Source: Candidatus Izemoplasmatales bacterium (GTDB lineage Bacteria > Bacillota_I > Bacilli_A > Izemoplasmatales > Hujiaoplasmataceae). From it: 64,000 bases of DNA. Under the pieces are notes generated by a model. The model saw only the letters and a program-made list of their open reading frames with translations, ran no database searches and was not told where the DNA came from. Location: contig JBFXGX010000002.1 of the NCBI GenBank assembly GCA_050177605.1, positions 32,001 through 96,000 of the forward strand, read 5' to 3'. Shown here one piece after another: positions 49,225-60,569 of this stretch; the stretch's first letter is position 1; each line of letters begins with the position of its first letter. The position numbers and the translations under genes are program-made.

Positions 49225-49276
49225 TGTAACCTATTACATAAAAAGTATTGAAAACGCTTTATCGATATGTTAAAAT
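49225..49276 (+). promoter_or_regulatory. Operator-like palindrome plus sigma-A promoter
   Basis: TGTAACCTATTACA 49225-49238; TTGAAA 49248-49253 (inside cre-like TGAAAACGCTTT), 17 nt, TGtTAAAAT ending 49276. Confidence 0.65.
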
Positions 49277-49309
49277 AACATCGTATATAAATAACAATAG
49301 GAGGAAAAA

Positions 49310-51034
49310 ATGAAAAAAATATTGACAGTTTCAGTAGCGTTCTTGTTACTATTATTGTTAGTTGGTTGCGGAGAAGTAACAACATCAGCTACAACGACAA
49401 CAACGACAACTGGAACAACAACTTCAGCAGATTTAACGAACATTGAATCTGATACAGGTTTAGATAAGAACGTAGAAGGTGTAATCGACATCGTTTTATG
49501 GAGCGGTTCCGGTACGACTTATTATGACCTAGGACATCAAAATTTAACTGCAGATCAATTACCTGCACAAAATGATGCTGCTGCATACGCTGTTGCAAAA
49601 GCATTCAATGAAATTTATCCTAACATTACTATTAATGGATACTTCAAATCAGGTGGTCCAGATAACTGGTCACAAACATTAGAAACTTATGCTGATGACG
49701 AAGGACGTTTCCCAGCTGTTTGGGCAGCAATGGACTTAAGCGGTTCAGTTTCTAACGGTATCGTTGCTGACTTATCTCGTTTCGAAGATGATCCTTTATA
49801 TCAACAATTAAATCCAAGCGTAATGCAAATGATGAACTATTATGGTTTCCAAGCTGGACTTCCACAATATATCTTACCTTGGGGTGTTTATGTAAACAAA
49901 TCATTAGCAGATGCTAACGGTATTAAAATGCCTAATCCTGATTGGGATATCGATGAATATACAGATTTTGTATCGAATTATTCTCTAGATCCTGAAAATA
50001 TGTATTTCGGTGCTATGGATACTCCTCTTTCATTTATTGAAACAGGTACAACTACAATTCGTGCTTCTTTAGCTAGTTATACTGGTGGAGATACATTTGT
50101 TAACTTAAATAGTACAGAAGTTCGTAATATGATCTCTTATATCCACGAATGGGTTGATGGCTCATTCTGGGGACAATATGACCAAGAAGCTTTAACAATC
50201 ACTGATGGATCTGGTCCAGTTGCTTCTTTATATGCTGCAGCAGGTTCATGGGATTATCATTTATTCAGACAAGGATATTTACTAACATTTGATGGACAAC
50301 CTTGGATGATGGGTGATTGTGCTGAAACAAACTCTTCATGGTGGGCTGTATGTAACATTGATGATTGGGATATCTATCCAAGACCAGCAACTGATTATCA
50401 AGAAGCAACAGTTGGTATGGTTCTTGACCCAATGGCTGTTTACAACTACTGTTTAGAAGATGGTGACTTAGCTTGTACACCAGCAGAAGAATTAAAAATT
50501 CAAATCGCTTATACATTCGCAATTTTCTGGACTGCAGATAGCCGTTCATTCGCAGCTAGAGCAAACCAATTATTCTACGATGCATCAAGCCTTGGATATA
50601 GTAGTGCTTTAAATGACTCACTTCCAGTTGTGACTGGAGACATGTTTGCTGATCAAATGGCTTATTGGTATACACCTGCAAAACATCAAAGATTTGGTGA
50701 AGTTGATGGTGATGGCGAATATATTATGCCAGGATTCCAAGAAGTATTAAGAATTTACTCTGAAGGTCAATTCTGGGACATTTCAGATAAAGCATTCCCA
50801 TGGTCTTACTCATTTGAAGGTACTTCACAAACAATCCTCTATGAATGGCAAAATTATTGGAACCCAGAAGTAAATGGTGGTAAAAATAAATACGATACTG
50901 ACTTTACTTCAACAATCCAAGCATTATTACCTACATGGAATGATCTAGCTAATCAACGCTTTGCTGATCAGTTTGATGAAATTAAATTTGGACTCCAAGT
51001 TTACTATGGATGGTCTGCTTCTGATTTCGAATAA
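49310..51034 (+). CDS. Carbohydrate ABC transporter substrate-binding lipoprotein
   Basis: Lipobox LVGC, Thr linker, GLPQ...GVYVNKSL and PNPDW motifs of family-1 sugar SBPs. Confidence 0.8.
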   Translation: MKKILTVSVAFLLLLLLVGCGEVTTSATTTTTTTGTTTSADLTNIESDTGLDKNVEGVIDIVLWSGSGTTYYDLGHQNLTADQLPAQNDAAAYAVAKAFNEIYPNITINGYFKSGGPDNWSQTLETYADDEGRFPAVWAAMDLSGSVSNGIVADLSRFEDDPLYQQLNPSVMQMMNYYGFQAGLPQYILPWGVYVNKSLADANGIKMPNPDWDIDEYTDFVSNYSLDPENMYFGAMDTPLSFIETGTTTIRASLASYTGGDTFVNLNSTEVRNMISYIHEWVDGSFWGQYDQEALTITDGSGPVASLYAAAGSWDYHLFRQGYLLTFDGQPWMMGDCAETNSSWWAVCNIDDWDIYPRPATDYQEATVGMVLDPMAVYNYCLEDGDLACTPAEELKIQIAYTFAIFWTADSRSFAARANQLFYDASSLGYSSALNDSLPVVTGDMFADQMAYWYTPAKHQRFGEVDGDGEYIMPGFQEVLRIYSEGQFWDISDKAFPWSYSFEGTSQTILYEWQNYWNPEVNGGKNKYDTDFTSTIQALLPTWNDLANQRFADQFDEIKFGLQVYYGWSASDFE

Positions 51035-51045
51035 GAAATGATAAA

Positions 51046-51077
51046 AAAAGGTGTGTGTATACACACCTTTTATTTTT
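51046..51077 (+). terminator. Intrinsic terminator
   Basis: AAAAGGTGTGT-GTAT-ACACACCTTTT plus T-rich tail. Confidence 0.8.
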
Positions 51078-51097
51078 GGAAAATGACCGCTTTTATC

Positions 51098-51153
51098 TAG
51101 ACAGATAAACGCTCAATATGATATAATTAATCGATGTGTTACGGTTTACACAT
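51098..51153 (+). promoter_or_regulatory. Sigma-A promoter and LacI/cre-type operator
   Basis: TAGACA 51098-51103, TGaTATAAT ending 51127; TGTTACGGTTTACA 51137-51150 (reverse complement TGTAAACCGTAACA). Confidence 0.75.
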
Positions 51154-51194
51154 AGGAAAAAAGATAATAAATCCATTAATTGGAGGGGGTTTCT

Positions 51195-54182
51195 ATGAAT
51201 TACAAAAAACTCATCAAACCTTTATTCATTGTAGGCGCTATTCTAGTACTATATGTTTTAGTATTTAATAGTCCTTTTTCGCGTTCGGATTACAATGCAT
51301 GGAATGATGAAATAACAGAGGAAGACTATCAAGCGGCACTTGATCTAATCAAAGGTAGCTCCGATTACATCCAAAGATATTCATACATTAGTTTTCTTGA
51401 AGACCATACGATTACTTATGGCTTACAAGATTATGTAGCTACTCAGGACGGAGTGAGTGCTACAAATAATTATGACTATACAGGAACAAAAGCCGTGGAC
51501 TTAGAAACATATGGTAGCGTGACTTATACAGTGAATGTAAACACTGCAGGACTGTATGCAATCTATGTTGACTATTACGTGAAAGAAAATGTACTGAACA
51601 ATTTAACAGTAGCAGTATCTGTCAATGGTGAAACACAGTTTGATGATGCGCTGACAGTAGATGTTCCATTACTTTGGGAAGATGATTCAAAAACATTTGT
51701 ACTTGATACCTATGGTGATGAATCGTTACCTGCTCAAAGTCGTGTATTAGCATGGCAAGAGTTACCACTTTATAACAATACTTATTCGACTTCAGAACCT
51801 TTATATTTTTATTTCGAAGAAGGCAATAACACCATCACTATTGACAACGTCTTAAGTGGAGCTGTTCTTTTTGGTGATTTAAGAGTTGCTTCTCCAGTTG
51901 CGACACCTAGTTATGCAACCTATATTTCTAATTTTAATGGTGTGTCTCACCCTGCAGATACAATTCAAGTCAATGCGACAGCTTACATTAACAAAAATTC
52001 ATCCTATGTGCGTTTATATAGTTTCCAATCTCCTAGCGTTAGTCCTTTCGACGCTGTGAATAAAAAATTAAATGTCATTAACGGTGAAGCATGGTACCGT
52101 TCAGGGCAAGAAGTTACTTATGAGTTTAATGTTACACAAACCGGGTTATATGAAATCAATCTTCATTATTTGAATGATAAAGAAGAATTTTCGGTATTCC
52201 GCTCTATCAAAATCGATGGAGAACTACCATTTGAAGAACTTAGAAACTATGAATTTCCAGTAACAGGTCAAAATACTTGGGCCAATGAAGTTCTTGGAAA
52301 TGAAGATGGAACTTACAGTTTCTATTTAACAGCTGGTACTCATACGATTACTTTCCGTGCTGAAATCGATCAAGTAAATGAAGAATTACGGAATATTCAA
52401 TTACTTGTAGATCATATCAATGCTTTCGCATTAAATATCTTAAAGATTACTGGTGTGAATATTGATAAAAATCGTAAATGGGAATTTACGAATTACATTC
52501 CTGAAACAGAAAGTTATTTACAAGCTTATGACACAATTATTAAGCATGCTGTTGTAACTCTTTCTGCCTATTCAAATGAACTAGATACTTCAGCAACGTT
52601 GTCTTATTTAAAAACCGCTGTAGAAGCATTACAAAAGATTCTTTTAGAACCAGATAAAATTCCGCTTTACCTTGATGCATTATATAGTGGGACGGGGTCA
52701 ATTACACAAATGTTAGGGGATTCTTTAACCAGCGTGGGAGATCAACCGCTCTACCTTGATTCCTTTACCATTTCCAATGATTCTGTAACTGAAAAAGCAA
52801 ATGCTTCTTTCTTTGCTAAATTAGGAGCACAAATACGTACATTTACCGCTTCCTTTACTGAAAAGAAATATGTTACAGATAATAACCCTGAAGCAGTCAA
52901 TGTGTGGGTAAACCGATCTTTAATTTATGTTGACTTAATGCAAAAAATGGCGGATCAATATTTTGCAAATACTGGCATCCAAATTAAGATATCGATTATG
53001 CCTGATGCCAACAAACTAATTTTAGCGAATGCAGCAAACCAAACACCCGATGTGGCACTTGGTCTTGCTTCCTATATGCCATTTGACTTAGCAATTCGTG
53101 GTGCAGTTCAAGACTTAACTGAATTTGATGACTTTTGGACAGTAGCCTCTAATTTTAGTCCAGGAGCGTTTATTCCTTACATCTTAGAAGATGGTGTCTA
53201 TGCAGTTCCTGAAACCCTGGAATTCCATGCGCTGGCTTATCGTAAAGACACGATGGCGGCTCTTGGTTTAACCATCCCATCAACGTGGGATGATGTGATT
53301 GATATGCTTCCTACTTTACAACGTTATGGGATGAATTTCTATTATCCAACCAGTGGTGGATCCAGTTTAAAATGGTTCTATCAGACATCAGCGTTGATTT
53401 ACCAATATGGTGGAGATATTTATAACAGCGATGGTTTATCAACCGCAATTGACTCTGAGAAATCTTATCTTGGGCTGAAATTACTCGGGGACTTATATAC
53501 AAAATATAGTTTACCTAGTTATGTGGCTAGTTTCTATAATTCATTCCGTTATAATACATTACCAATCGGTATTATTGATTTTGCGACCTATTTAACACTT
53601 AAAAATGCTGCTCCTGAATTAACAGGTCAGTGGGGACTTGCATTATACCCTGGTGTTGAAGACGAAAACGGAGATGTACAGCGTTGGTATATTGCCAATG
53701 GAACAAGTGCAATTATGTTTAAAAACGAAGACACAGCCAAGTTAAATGATAGCTGGACATTCTTAAAATGGTGGTTATCCACAGAAACTCAAACTGAATT
53801 TGCTTTTGCACTTCAATCAACCTATGGTCCAGAGTATGTATGGCTTTCAGGAAATATCAATGCTGTTGCTAACTCACCAATCGATGCTGCAGATAAAGAA
53901 GTGATCTTAGAACAAGTTACTTGGTTAGTTGACGTTCCTCGTACACCTGGTCAATATATGCTAGAACGTGGATTAAGCGACATTTGGAATAAAGTTACCT
54001 TTGATGGGGTATCTGTAAGAGTGGCCATCGATAATCAAGTATTAACAATTAACCGTGAAATATTCAAAAAAATGGTTGAGTTTGGTTATATTGATTCTGC
54101 AGGAAATGTGCTGGTACCTTATACAATTCGCGACACTGCATGGGTCAAAGAACAAATGACAACCTATGGTGGAGGTGAATAG
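51195..54182 (+). CDS. Large extracellular solute-binding protein with N-terminal beta-sandwich (CBM-like) domains
   Basis: N-terminal TM anchor; two repeats of V...GLY.I...Y; C-terminal SBP_bac_1-like half (PDVALG, YAVPE, PSTWDD, WTFLKWW). ATG 51195 after GGAGG. Confidence 0.8.
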   Translation: MNYKKLIKPLFIVGAILVLYVLVFNSPFSRSDYNAWNDEITEEDYQAALDLIKGSSDYIQRYSYISFLEDHTITYGLQDYVATQDGVSATNNYDYTGTKAVDLETYGSVTYTVNVNTAGLYAIYVDYYVKENVLNNLTVAVSVNGETQFDDALTVDVPLLWEDDSKTFVLDTYGDESLPAQSRVLAWQELPLYNNTYSTSEPLYFYFEEGNNTITIDNVLSGAVLFGDLRVASPVATPSYATYISNFNGVSHPADTIQVNATAYINKNSSYVRLYSFQSPSVSPFDAVNKKLNVINGEAWYRSGQEVTYEFNVTQTGLYEINLHYLNDKEEFSVFRSIKIDGELPFEELRNYEFPVTGQNTWANEVLGNEDGTYSFYLTAGTHTITFRAEIDQVNEELRNIQLLVDHINAFALNILKITGVNIDKNRKWEFTNYIPETESYLQAYDTIIKHAVVTLSAYSNELDTSATLSYLKTAVEALQKILLEPDKIPLYLDALYSGTGSITQMLGDSLTSVGDQPLYLDSFTISNDSVTEKANASFFAKLGAQIRTFTASFTEKKYVTDNNPEAVNVWVNRSLIYVDLMQKMADQYFANTGIQIKISIMPDANKLILANAANQTPDVALGLASYMPFDLAIRGAVQDLTEFDDFWTVASNFSPGAFIPYILEDGVYAVPETLEFHALAYRKDTMAALGLTIPSTWDDVIDMLPTLQRYGMNFYYPTSGGSSLKWFYQTSALIYQYGGDIYNSDGLSTAIDSEKSYLGLKLLGDLYTKYSLPSYVASFYNSFRYNTLPIGIIDFATYLTLKNAAPELTGQWGLALYPGVEDENGDVQRWYIANGTSAIMFKNEDTAKLNDSWTFLKWWLSTETQTEFAFALQSTYGPEYVWLSGNINAVANSPIDAADKEVILEQVTWLVDVPRTPGQYMLERGLSDIWNKVTFDGVSVRVAIDNQVLTINREIFKKMVEFGYIDSAGNVLVPYTIRDTAWVKEQMTTYGGGE

Positions 54183-54184
54183 AC

Positions 54185-55144
54185 TTGGAAAAGACATTAA
54201 CTAAAAAGAAGTTTGACCTTCATACGAAAGCGGTAGAAAAATATAAGAATATGAATTCTGATCAAAAAGCTACGATTTTTCTATTAGCACCTTATGTTTT
54301 ATTATTCACGCTATTCATTGTTATTCCAGTCATCGTTGCTATGGTTCTTTCATTCACCTATTTCAATGTGATTGAAATGCCTAAGTTTGCACAATTATAC
54401 GGACTTTATAATTACGTAATGATTTTGACACAAGATGAAGTGTTCTTACGTTATGTTTTACCAAACACACTGAAATATGCGATTATTACCGGCCCTGGAG
54501 GGTATCTATTATCCTTCATTATGGCTTGGATGCTTTCTCAAATTCAAGCTACACCAAGAAAAATTTTAGCATTAGCTCTTTATACGCCATCGATGCTTGG
54601 TGGTGTGTTCATTGGTGTTATTTTTAGAACGCTATTTAGTGGTGATAAATCAGGGTATATTAATGCGATATTATTAAATCTCGGATTAGTTTCCTCTCCA
54701 CTTGATTTCTTGCAGTCAGGGGATTACTTGATGAACATTATGATCTTTGTTACTTTATGGTCGTCAATGGGTATCGGGTTCTTATCAATGCTTGCAGGTA
54801 TTTTAAATGTTAACAAAGAAATTTATGAAGCAGCCTATATTGATGGTATCAAGAATCGTTTCCAAGAAATTTTCTATATTACGATTCCTTCGATGAAACC
54901 CCAAATGCTATTCGGTGCCGTGATGGCAATCGTTGGAGCATTTAATGCGGGTGGTATTGGGGTCGCCTTATCAGGATCGAACCCTACACCTCAATACGCT
55001 GGACAATTAATTGTAAACCATATCGATGACTATGGCTTTATTCGCTATGAGATGGGATATGCAGCAGCTTTGTCTGTGATTTTGCTACTGATTATTCTTT
55101 TATTCTCTCGCGTTGCTTATAGTTTATTCGGGGAAAGGGATTAG
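54185..55144 (+). CDS. Carbohydrate ABC transporter permease (MalF-like)
   Basis: EAA loop IYEAAYIDG and YEMGYAAA. Confidence 0.9.
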   Translation: MEKTLTKKKFDLHTKAVEKYKNMNSDQKATIFLLAPYVLLFTLFIVIPVIVAMVLSFTYFNVIEMPKFAQLYGLYNYVMILTQDEVFLRYVLPNTLKYAIITGPGGYLLSFIMAWMLSQIQATPRKILALALYTPSMLGGVFIGVIFRTLFSGDKSGYINAILLNLGLVSSPLDFLQSGDYLMNIMIFVTLWSSMGIGFLSMLAGILNVNKEIYEAAYIDGIKNRFQEIFYITIPSMKPQMLFGAVMAIVGAFNAGGIGVALSGSNPTPQYAGQLIVNHIDDYGFIRYEMGYAAALSVILLLIILLFSRVAYSLFGERD

Positions 55145-55153
55145 GTGATATTT

Positions 55154-56026
55154 ATGGCTAGTTTTTTAGGGACACAAATTAATCCAAAGAAATTCCATCA
55201 ATCCCAATTAAAGTTCTATCTTCTATTGGTACCAATTGGTCTCTTTATGTTAATGCCTGTATTATATGTTGTTTTACAAGCATTCAAACCATTAAGTGAG
55301 TTATTCTTATTCCCACCAAGATTCTTTGTAACCAATCCAACGTTAGATAACTTCTTAAGATTATTTAGGACAGCATCTGGAACAGGTGTTCCAATGACGA
55401 GATATTTATTTAACTCAATCATTATTACTTCACTCACGATTTTCTTAACCCTCTTAATTACATTAATGACGGGTTACGCATTATCTAAAAAACGTTTTAA
55501 AGCAAAAAATACTTTATTTAAAATCAATCAAACAGCATTAATGTTTGTTGCGACAGCAGTAGCGATTCCTCGTTATTTAGTTGTATCTTCACTTGGCTTA
55601 ACCAATACATTCTGGGCTCATATTATTCCTTATCTTGCGATGCCAGTTGGGCTGTTTCTTGTAAAACAGTTCATTGACCAAGTTCCAGATGAACTCATTG
55701 AAGCAGCGAAGATTGATGGTGCAAATGATTGGCATATTATTACAAAAATTATTGGACCTCTTGTGAAACCTGCTTTGGCAACGGTGGCAATTCTTTCGTT
55801 CCAAATGATTTGGAACTCAACAGAATCATCCAATATTTATGTCATCGATGAAACGAAAAAGACTTTCGCATTTTATATGACCACGTTAACATCGTCCACA
55901 TCTGGGCCTGCGGGAGTCGGAATCAGTGCAGCAGCAGGACTTGTCATGTTTATTCCTAACTTAGTTATATTTATTATTATGCAAGGTAATGTGATGGATA
56001 CGATGTCACATTCAGGAATCAAGTAG
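55154..56026 (+). CDS. Carbohydrate ABC transporter permease (MalG-like)
   Basis: NPTLDNF and EAA loop VPDELIEAAKIDGA. Confidence 0.9.
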   Translation: MASFLGTQINPKKFHQSQLKFYLLLVPIGLFMLMPVLYVVLQAFKPLSELFLFPPRFFVTNPTLDNFLRLFRTASGTGVPMTRYLFNSIIITSLTIFLTLLITLMTGYALSKKRFKAKNTLFKINQTALMFVATAVAIPRYLVVSSLGLTNTFWAHIIPYLAMPVGLFLVKQFIDQVPDELIEAAKIDGANDWHIITKIIGPLVKPALATVAILSFQMIWNSTESSNIYVIDETKKTFAFYMTTLTSSTSGPAGVGISAAAGLVMFIPNLVIFIIMQGNVMDTMSHSGIK

Positions 56027-56037
56027 GAGGGATGATT

Positions 56038-58101
56038 ATGAAAACGATAAAAAGAATAGTCATTACCTTTGTCTTCGGACTCGTCATCCTTTTCAGTTTT
56101 GGATTACATACTGGGAAAGTTGCGGCTTCAAGTTCCACAACGTACACCTATGCACTTGATGATAATGGCCATTTTGTCCAAACACAAGATGCGTATTTAC
56201 CTGGACAAACCATTACTGATTTAGGTCTAGACGGACCAACTGATATTGCGATTGATCAAAATGATAATCTCGTCATTGTAGATTCAGGAAACGCGAGAGT
56301 AATCGTATTTAATCCTGTTAGTGGGAGTATTGAATTAACCATTGCCTATAGCGAATTTGTCGCACCAACCGGAGTGTATGTTGTCAAAGAAGCATCGACC
56401 TATGTTGGACTTGGCGATATTTATGTAGCTGACCCAAGTGCAGGAAAAGTATTCCATTTTGATTCGCTTGGTAATTTAGTTGAGTCATTCTCAAAACCAG
56501 TCAGTGTGATGTATGAAACAAGTGAATTCCAACCTGAACAAATCGCGGTTGATAAAGCGGGTATTATGTATATCATTTCGAAAGGATCTTCGGATGGTAT
56601 CATTCAGTTATCAAACACAGGTGAGTTCTTAGGTTTCTTTAGTTCGAATCAAGTTGTTCTTTCTTTAACTGAACAATTTCAACAATTAATCTACACGGAC
56701 GCACAACTCGAAAATCTTGGCATCAATTTGATTCCACCAGTTTTTACAAGTGTATTTATTGATCAATCAGGATATGTCTATTCAAGTTCTTCTGGTAGTA
56801 ATGTTGATAATATTAAAAAACATAATACCCAAGGTACGAACATGTTTTCCGATATCTTTGAAGCGACAACACAGTTATCCGATATTTATGTTGATGACCA
56901 AGGAATTATTTATACAGCCGATCAATTAGGTTTTATCTCTGTCTATACGAATGACGGTGAATTTATTTATTCGTTTGGAACCATCAATGATGTTTCAGTT
57001 GCGGGATTCTTTAAATCTCTAGCTGGTATCGCGGTTACTGATGGTGGAACCATTTGGACTGTCGATTCAGGAAATTCGTATTTACAATCCTTCAATCCAA
57101 CTGAATACGCTACGACGATTTATGATGCGATTGAAAATTATAACAATACCCATTATGAAGAAGCCATTGCTTTATGGACAGAAGTATTAAGTCTAAATCA
57201 ATTATCCATCTTGGCACATAATGGTATTGCGAAGAACTATTTATTAATCGAAGAGTATCAATTAGCTGCGGATCATTTTAAAATTGCTGGAAACAGAGAA
57301 TTATATAGTGAGGCTTACTGGGAAATTCGTAATATTTGGTTACAACAAAATTTAATCATTGTCATTGGACTTGCTTTGCTTTTAACGATTATTTATTTCG
57401 TGACAAAAGCAGTTGATAAGAAAACAGCGTTTTTAGAACCTGTTCGTAAAATGCTCGGGAAGGTATCCAATGTAAAAGTGATTAATGATGTGCTCTATAT
57501 GAAGACGGTATCCAGAAAATTTGGGGATTCGTTCTATTACTTGAAAGCAAAACGAAAGGGATCCTATCTTGGTGCATTCATTATTTTAGCGATTACTTTC
57601 GCTGCATATATGTTATTCGTTGCAGGAAAAGGATTTATTTTCCAATATACAGACATTAAAGATATCGACTTAAATTCGACTATCCTTGGATTCGTTGTAT
57701 TAATTGGTTTATTTATACTTTGTTCGTATTTAGTAACATCGATTCAAGATGGTGAAGGAACACTCGGCGACATCTTTAAAGGATTTGCTTATTCTATGTA
57801 TCCATTTATTCTTGGATGTTTCTTCTCGACGGTTTTCTCTTACGTTGCGACAAATAACGAAGTGTTTATCTTGAATTTAATCTTCTATATTGGACTCGCA
57901 TGGACATTTGTGCTTGTCTTTGTGTCCATCAGTGAAATTCAAAATTATACTTTCTGGCAAACGATTAAAAGTATTTTATTAACGATTTTATTTGTTCTTG
58001 TTATTTTACTTGTTATCTCTTTCGTACAAATGACTATTGGACAATTATTCTCATTCTTAGAAGAATTCATCAAGGAGGCGATTAGAAATGTTTTCAATTA
58101 A
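56038..58101 (+). CDS. NHL-repeat/TPR protein fused to a YIP1-like membrane domain
   Basis: Repeated P.DIAID...L.IVDSGN.RV propeller blades, TPR-like YEEAIALWTEVL and multi-TM C-terminus. Confidence 0.7.
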   Translation: MKTIKRIVITFVFGLVILFSFGLHTGKVAASSSTTYTYALDDNGHFVQTQDAYLPGQTITDLGLDGPTDIAIDQNDNLVIVDSGNARVIVFNPVSGSIELTIAYSEFVAPTGVYVVKEASTYVGLGDIYVADPSAGKVFHFDSLGNLVESFSKPVSVMYETSEFQPEQIAVDKAGIMYIISKGSSDGIIQLSNTGEFLGFFSSNQVVLSLTEQFQQLIYTDAQLENLGINLIPPVFTSVFIDQSGYVYSSSSGSNVDNIKKHNTQGTNMFSDIFEATTQLSDIYVDDQGIIYTADQLGFISVYTNDGEFIYSFGTINDVSVAGFFKSLAGIAVTDGGTIWTVDSGNSYLQSFNPTEYATTIYDAIENYNNTHYEEAIALWTEVLSLNQLSILAHNGIAKNYLLIEEYQLAADHFKIAGNRELYSEAYWEIRNIWLQQNLIIVIGLALLLTIIYFVTKAVDKKTAFLEPVRKMLGKVSNVKVINDVLYMKTVSRKFGDSFYYLKAKRKGSYLGAFIILAITFAAYMLFVAGKGFIFQYTDIKDIDLNSTILGFVVLIGLFILCSYLVTSIQDGEGTLGDIFKGFAYSMYPFILGCFFSTVFSYVATNNEVFILNLIFYIGLAWTFVLVFVSISEIQNYTFWQTIKSILLTILFVLVILLVISFVQMTIGQLFSFLEEFIKEAIRNVFN

Positions 58102-60568
58102 AAAAATCTTGATTGCATTCTTATTATTTGTCTTAATCACGCCAATCCTTGCGAATGCTAGTTATGTTTCTACGGGTCGTGATACCCAGGAAAATCCTGA
58201 AACGATTACGGATATCCCTGTAGAAGACTATGATGCACTAGGATATACTAAACTACAAGAGAATACGAATTATATTTTTTATTGGCAAGAAGCAAGAGAC
58301 GTTTTGGTTATTCATGATAAAAGAAATGGTTATACATGGAAAACTGGATTAGATGTTGACGCTGCAGATAATGAATCAGATCAATCTTCAGCATGTAAGA
58401 CACTCAAAAGAAACTATAACAATGATGCCATTACGTATGAAGAATTTGATGATGCATGTTCTTTAACAATTGATTCAATTACCGATACTACAACAGGGCC
58501 ACTTTTAGCGAACTCCTTATTAAGTTTTGATTATTTTTCTAAGGGCGCTAGTGATACCGTATATCAAACGAATACGGTTTATAGTTCTTATTTAAAAACA
58601 ACGCTTTATAAAATGACTTCAACACTTCAAAAAGTTGATAATAACAATAACATTTGGAAATTTACTGTATCGGCAAGCGAACTAGGCGTTGACGATAATT
58701 TAGACTTAACAATTCCAGTTTATATGTACTTATCCGATCAAGGATTTGAACTTGAAATAAAACATGATGATATTACTGGTAGTGCTTTGCCTTATCTATC
58801 TTCAATTAGCTTAGCAACATTCTTAGGCGCTGTTGGTGGACTTGATTATCAATTCACTACTTCACCAAAAGATGGAGAAACGCTTGGAGATTATGATAGT
58901 TATCAAGTACAAGGGGATATGGTTGATGGTTATTCATTCGTACCGGATGGCAGTGGTGCATTAATTCGTTACCTTGATAACTCCGTATCTTTATCGAAAT
59001 ATCAAGCCTATGTCTATGGGACAGATGCTTCACAGTCAATTCAATCTTATCGTTCATGGACTGGAACATATGTACCATTTAAAACAGCTTCCATCCCAGT
59101 TTATGGCATGGCACATGGAAATAATCAAGCTGCCTATGTAGCCTATGCTTCCAGTGGGGATCCATATATGTATATTATTTCGGTCCCAGAAGAAAATGTA
59201 TACCATTATAACTATACTTACGCGAAGTTTAATTATCACTATTTATATGAAAAACTCTATACACTCGACGGAGATAATCCTGTTTCATCCATCAGTCAAG
59301 ATGAAAATGTGTTTGATATTCATATGCATTATGACTTCCTTCAAGGCGATGGAACAACAGATAATTATCCAGCAAACTACGTTGGCATGGCACTTAAATA
59401 CAAAGATTTCTTGAAATCTGAAGGGATGTTAAATGATTATTCAACTACAAATGATGAAATTGGTATTCGTCTAGACTTCTTAATGGCGGACACAGAAAGT
59501 TCTATTGTAGGGTTTACAACACAAGTAGCTACGACTTCAAGTGATGTAGAAAAAATCTTAAATAAAGTATACAGTGAAGGAATTACCAATATTTCCAGTG
59601 GACTGATTGGATGGCAGAAGTATGGAGTGACCCTCGGTAACCCGACAAAAGCCGTTTTTACAAGTTCAATTGGATCGAAAACGGATTACAAAAATTTGAT
59701 TTCGTCTTTCCTCGAAAAAGGTGTCGATATTTCCTTCTATCAAGATTACTATACAATTAATGAAGATCAAATCAGTTTATACCGAAATGCGTCGAAACAT
59801 CCTGCGGGATGGTATGGCAGAATCTTAACTTATGAAGATCCTGTTTCTGTCTTCTACTATGCAAGACCGATTAAATCAGTAGAATGGCTAAATAACCAAA
59901 CTTCAACCTTTATTGATATGGGTGTACGGAGTGTTACGATTGATGGAATGACTTCAAAATTAATCACAGATTATACCCTAGATACGACTTATCGAAGCGA
60001 TGCAATTTCATTATATCAAGCAGCGCTTGCCTCCTTAAGTCAAGATGTGCTTCTTAACCTAACAAAACCAAATATGTATTTATATCCTTACACAGATAGA
60101 TATTTACAAATGAATGTGTATTCAACACAGTATTTAATTGAAACTGATACGGTACCTTTCTTACAATTATTACTTCAAGGAACAATGGAACTTTATGCAA
60201 TCTATTCGAATTTTTCATTCTATACGGATGCGGATGTTTTAAGAATGATCGATTATAATGTCTATCCTTCATTCGTCCTAACAAATGAAGCTTCCTATGT
60301 ATTAGCTGATACGAATTCAAGCGAATATTATTCTACTGAATTTGCTCTATATGATGAATTAATTCAATCGATTTATTTCAGAGTAAATGCGGCTTTATCC
60401 CCAGTGATTAATGCAACATGGACGAACCGTGAAGTGGTTCGTACAGGGGTTATTCGTAATACCTACGATAATGGTGTCGAAATTTTAATTAACTATACTG
60501 ATACAGCACAATCTGTAAACGGCGAAACGATTCCTGCGGGATCCTTCGTAGTTTTAGGAGGTGAATAG
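58088..60568 (+). CDS. DUF5696-like secreted protein associated with sugar ABC operon
   Basis: Signal peptide, GYSFVPDGSGALI and VPFLQLLLQG motifs; typical position after NHL/YIP1 genes. Confidence 0.7.
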   Translation: MFSIKKILIAFLLFVLITPILANASYVSTGRDTQENPETITDIPVEDYDALGYTKLQENTNYIFYWQEARDVLVIHDKRNGYTWKTGLDVDAADNESDQSSACKTLKRNYNNDAITYEEFDDACSLTIDSITDTTTGPLLANSLLSFDYFSKGASDTVYQTNTVYSSYLKTTLYKMTSTLQKVDNNNNIWKFTVSASELGVDDNLDLTIPVYMYLSDQGFELEIKHDDITGSALPYLSSISLATFLGAVGGLDYQFTTSPKDGETLGDYDSYQVQGDMVDGYSFVPDGSGALIRYLDNSVSLSKYQAYVYGTDASQSIQSYRSWTGTYVPFKTASIPVYGMAHGNNQAAYVAYASSGDPYMYIISVPEENVYHYNYTYAKFNYHYLYEKLYTLDGDNPVSSISQDENVFDIHMHYDFLQGDGTTDNYPANYVGMALKYKDFLKSEGMLNDYSTTNDEIGIRLDFLMADTESSIVGFTTQVATTSSDVEKILNKVYSEGITNISSGLIGWQKYGVTLGNPTKAVFTSSIGSKTDYKNLISSFLEKGVDISFYQDYYTINEDQISLYRNASKHPAGWYGRILTYEDPVSVFYYARPIKSVEWLNNQTSTFIDMGVRSVTIDGMTSKLITDYTLDTTYRSDAISLYQAALASLSQDVLLNLTKPNMYLYPYTDRYLQMNVYSTQYLIETDTVPFLQLLLQGTMELYAIYSNFSFYTDADVLRMIDYNVYPSFVLTNEASYVLADTNSSEYYSTEFALYDELIQSIYFRVNAALSPVINATWTNREVVRTGVIRNTYDNGVEILINYTDTAQSVNGETIPAGSFVVLGGE

Positions 60569-60569
60569 T

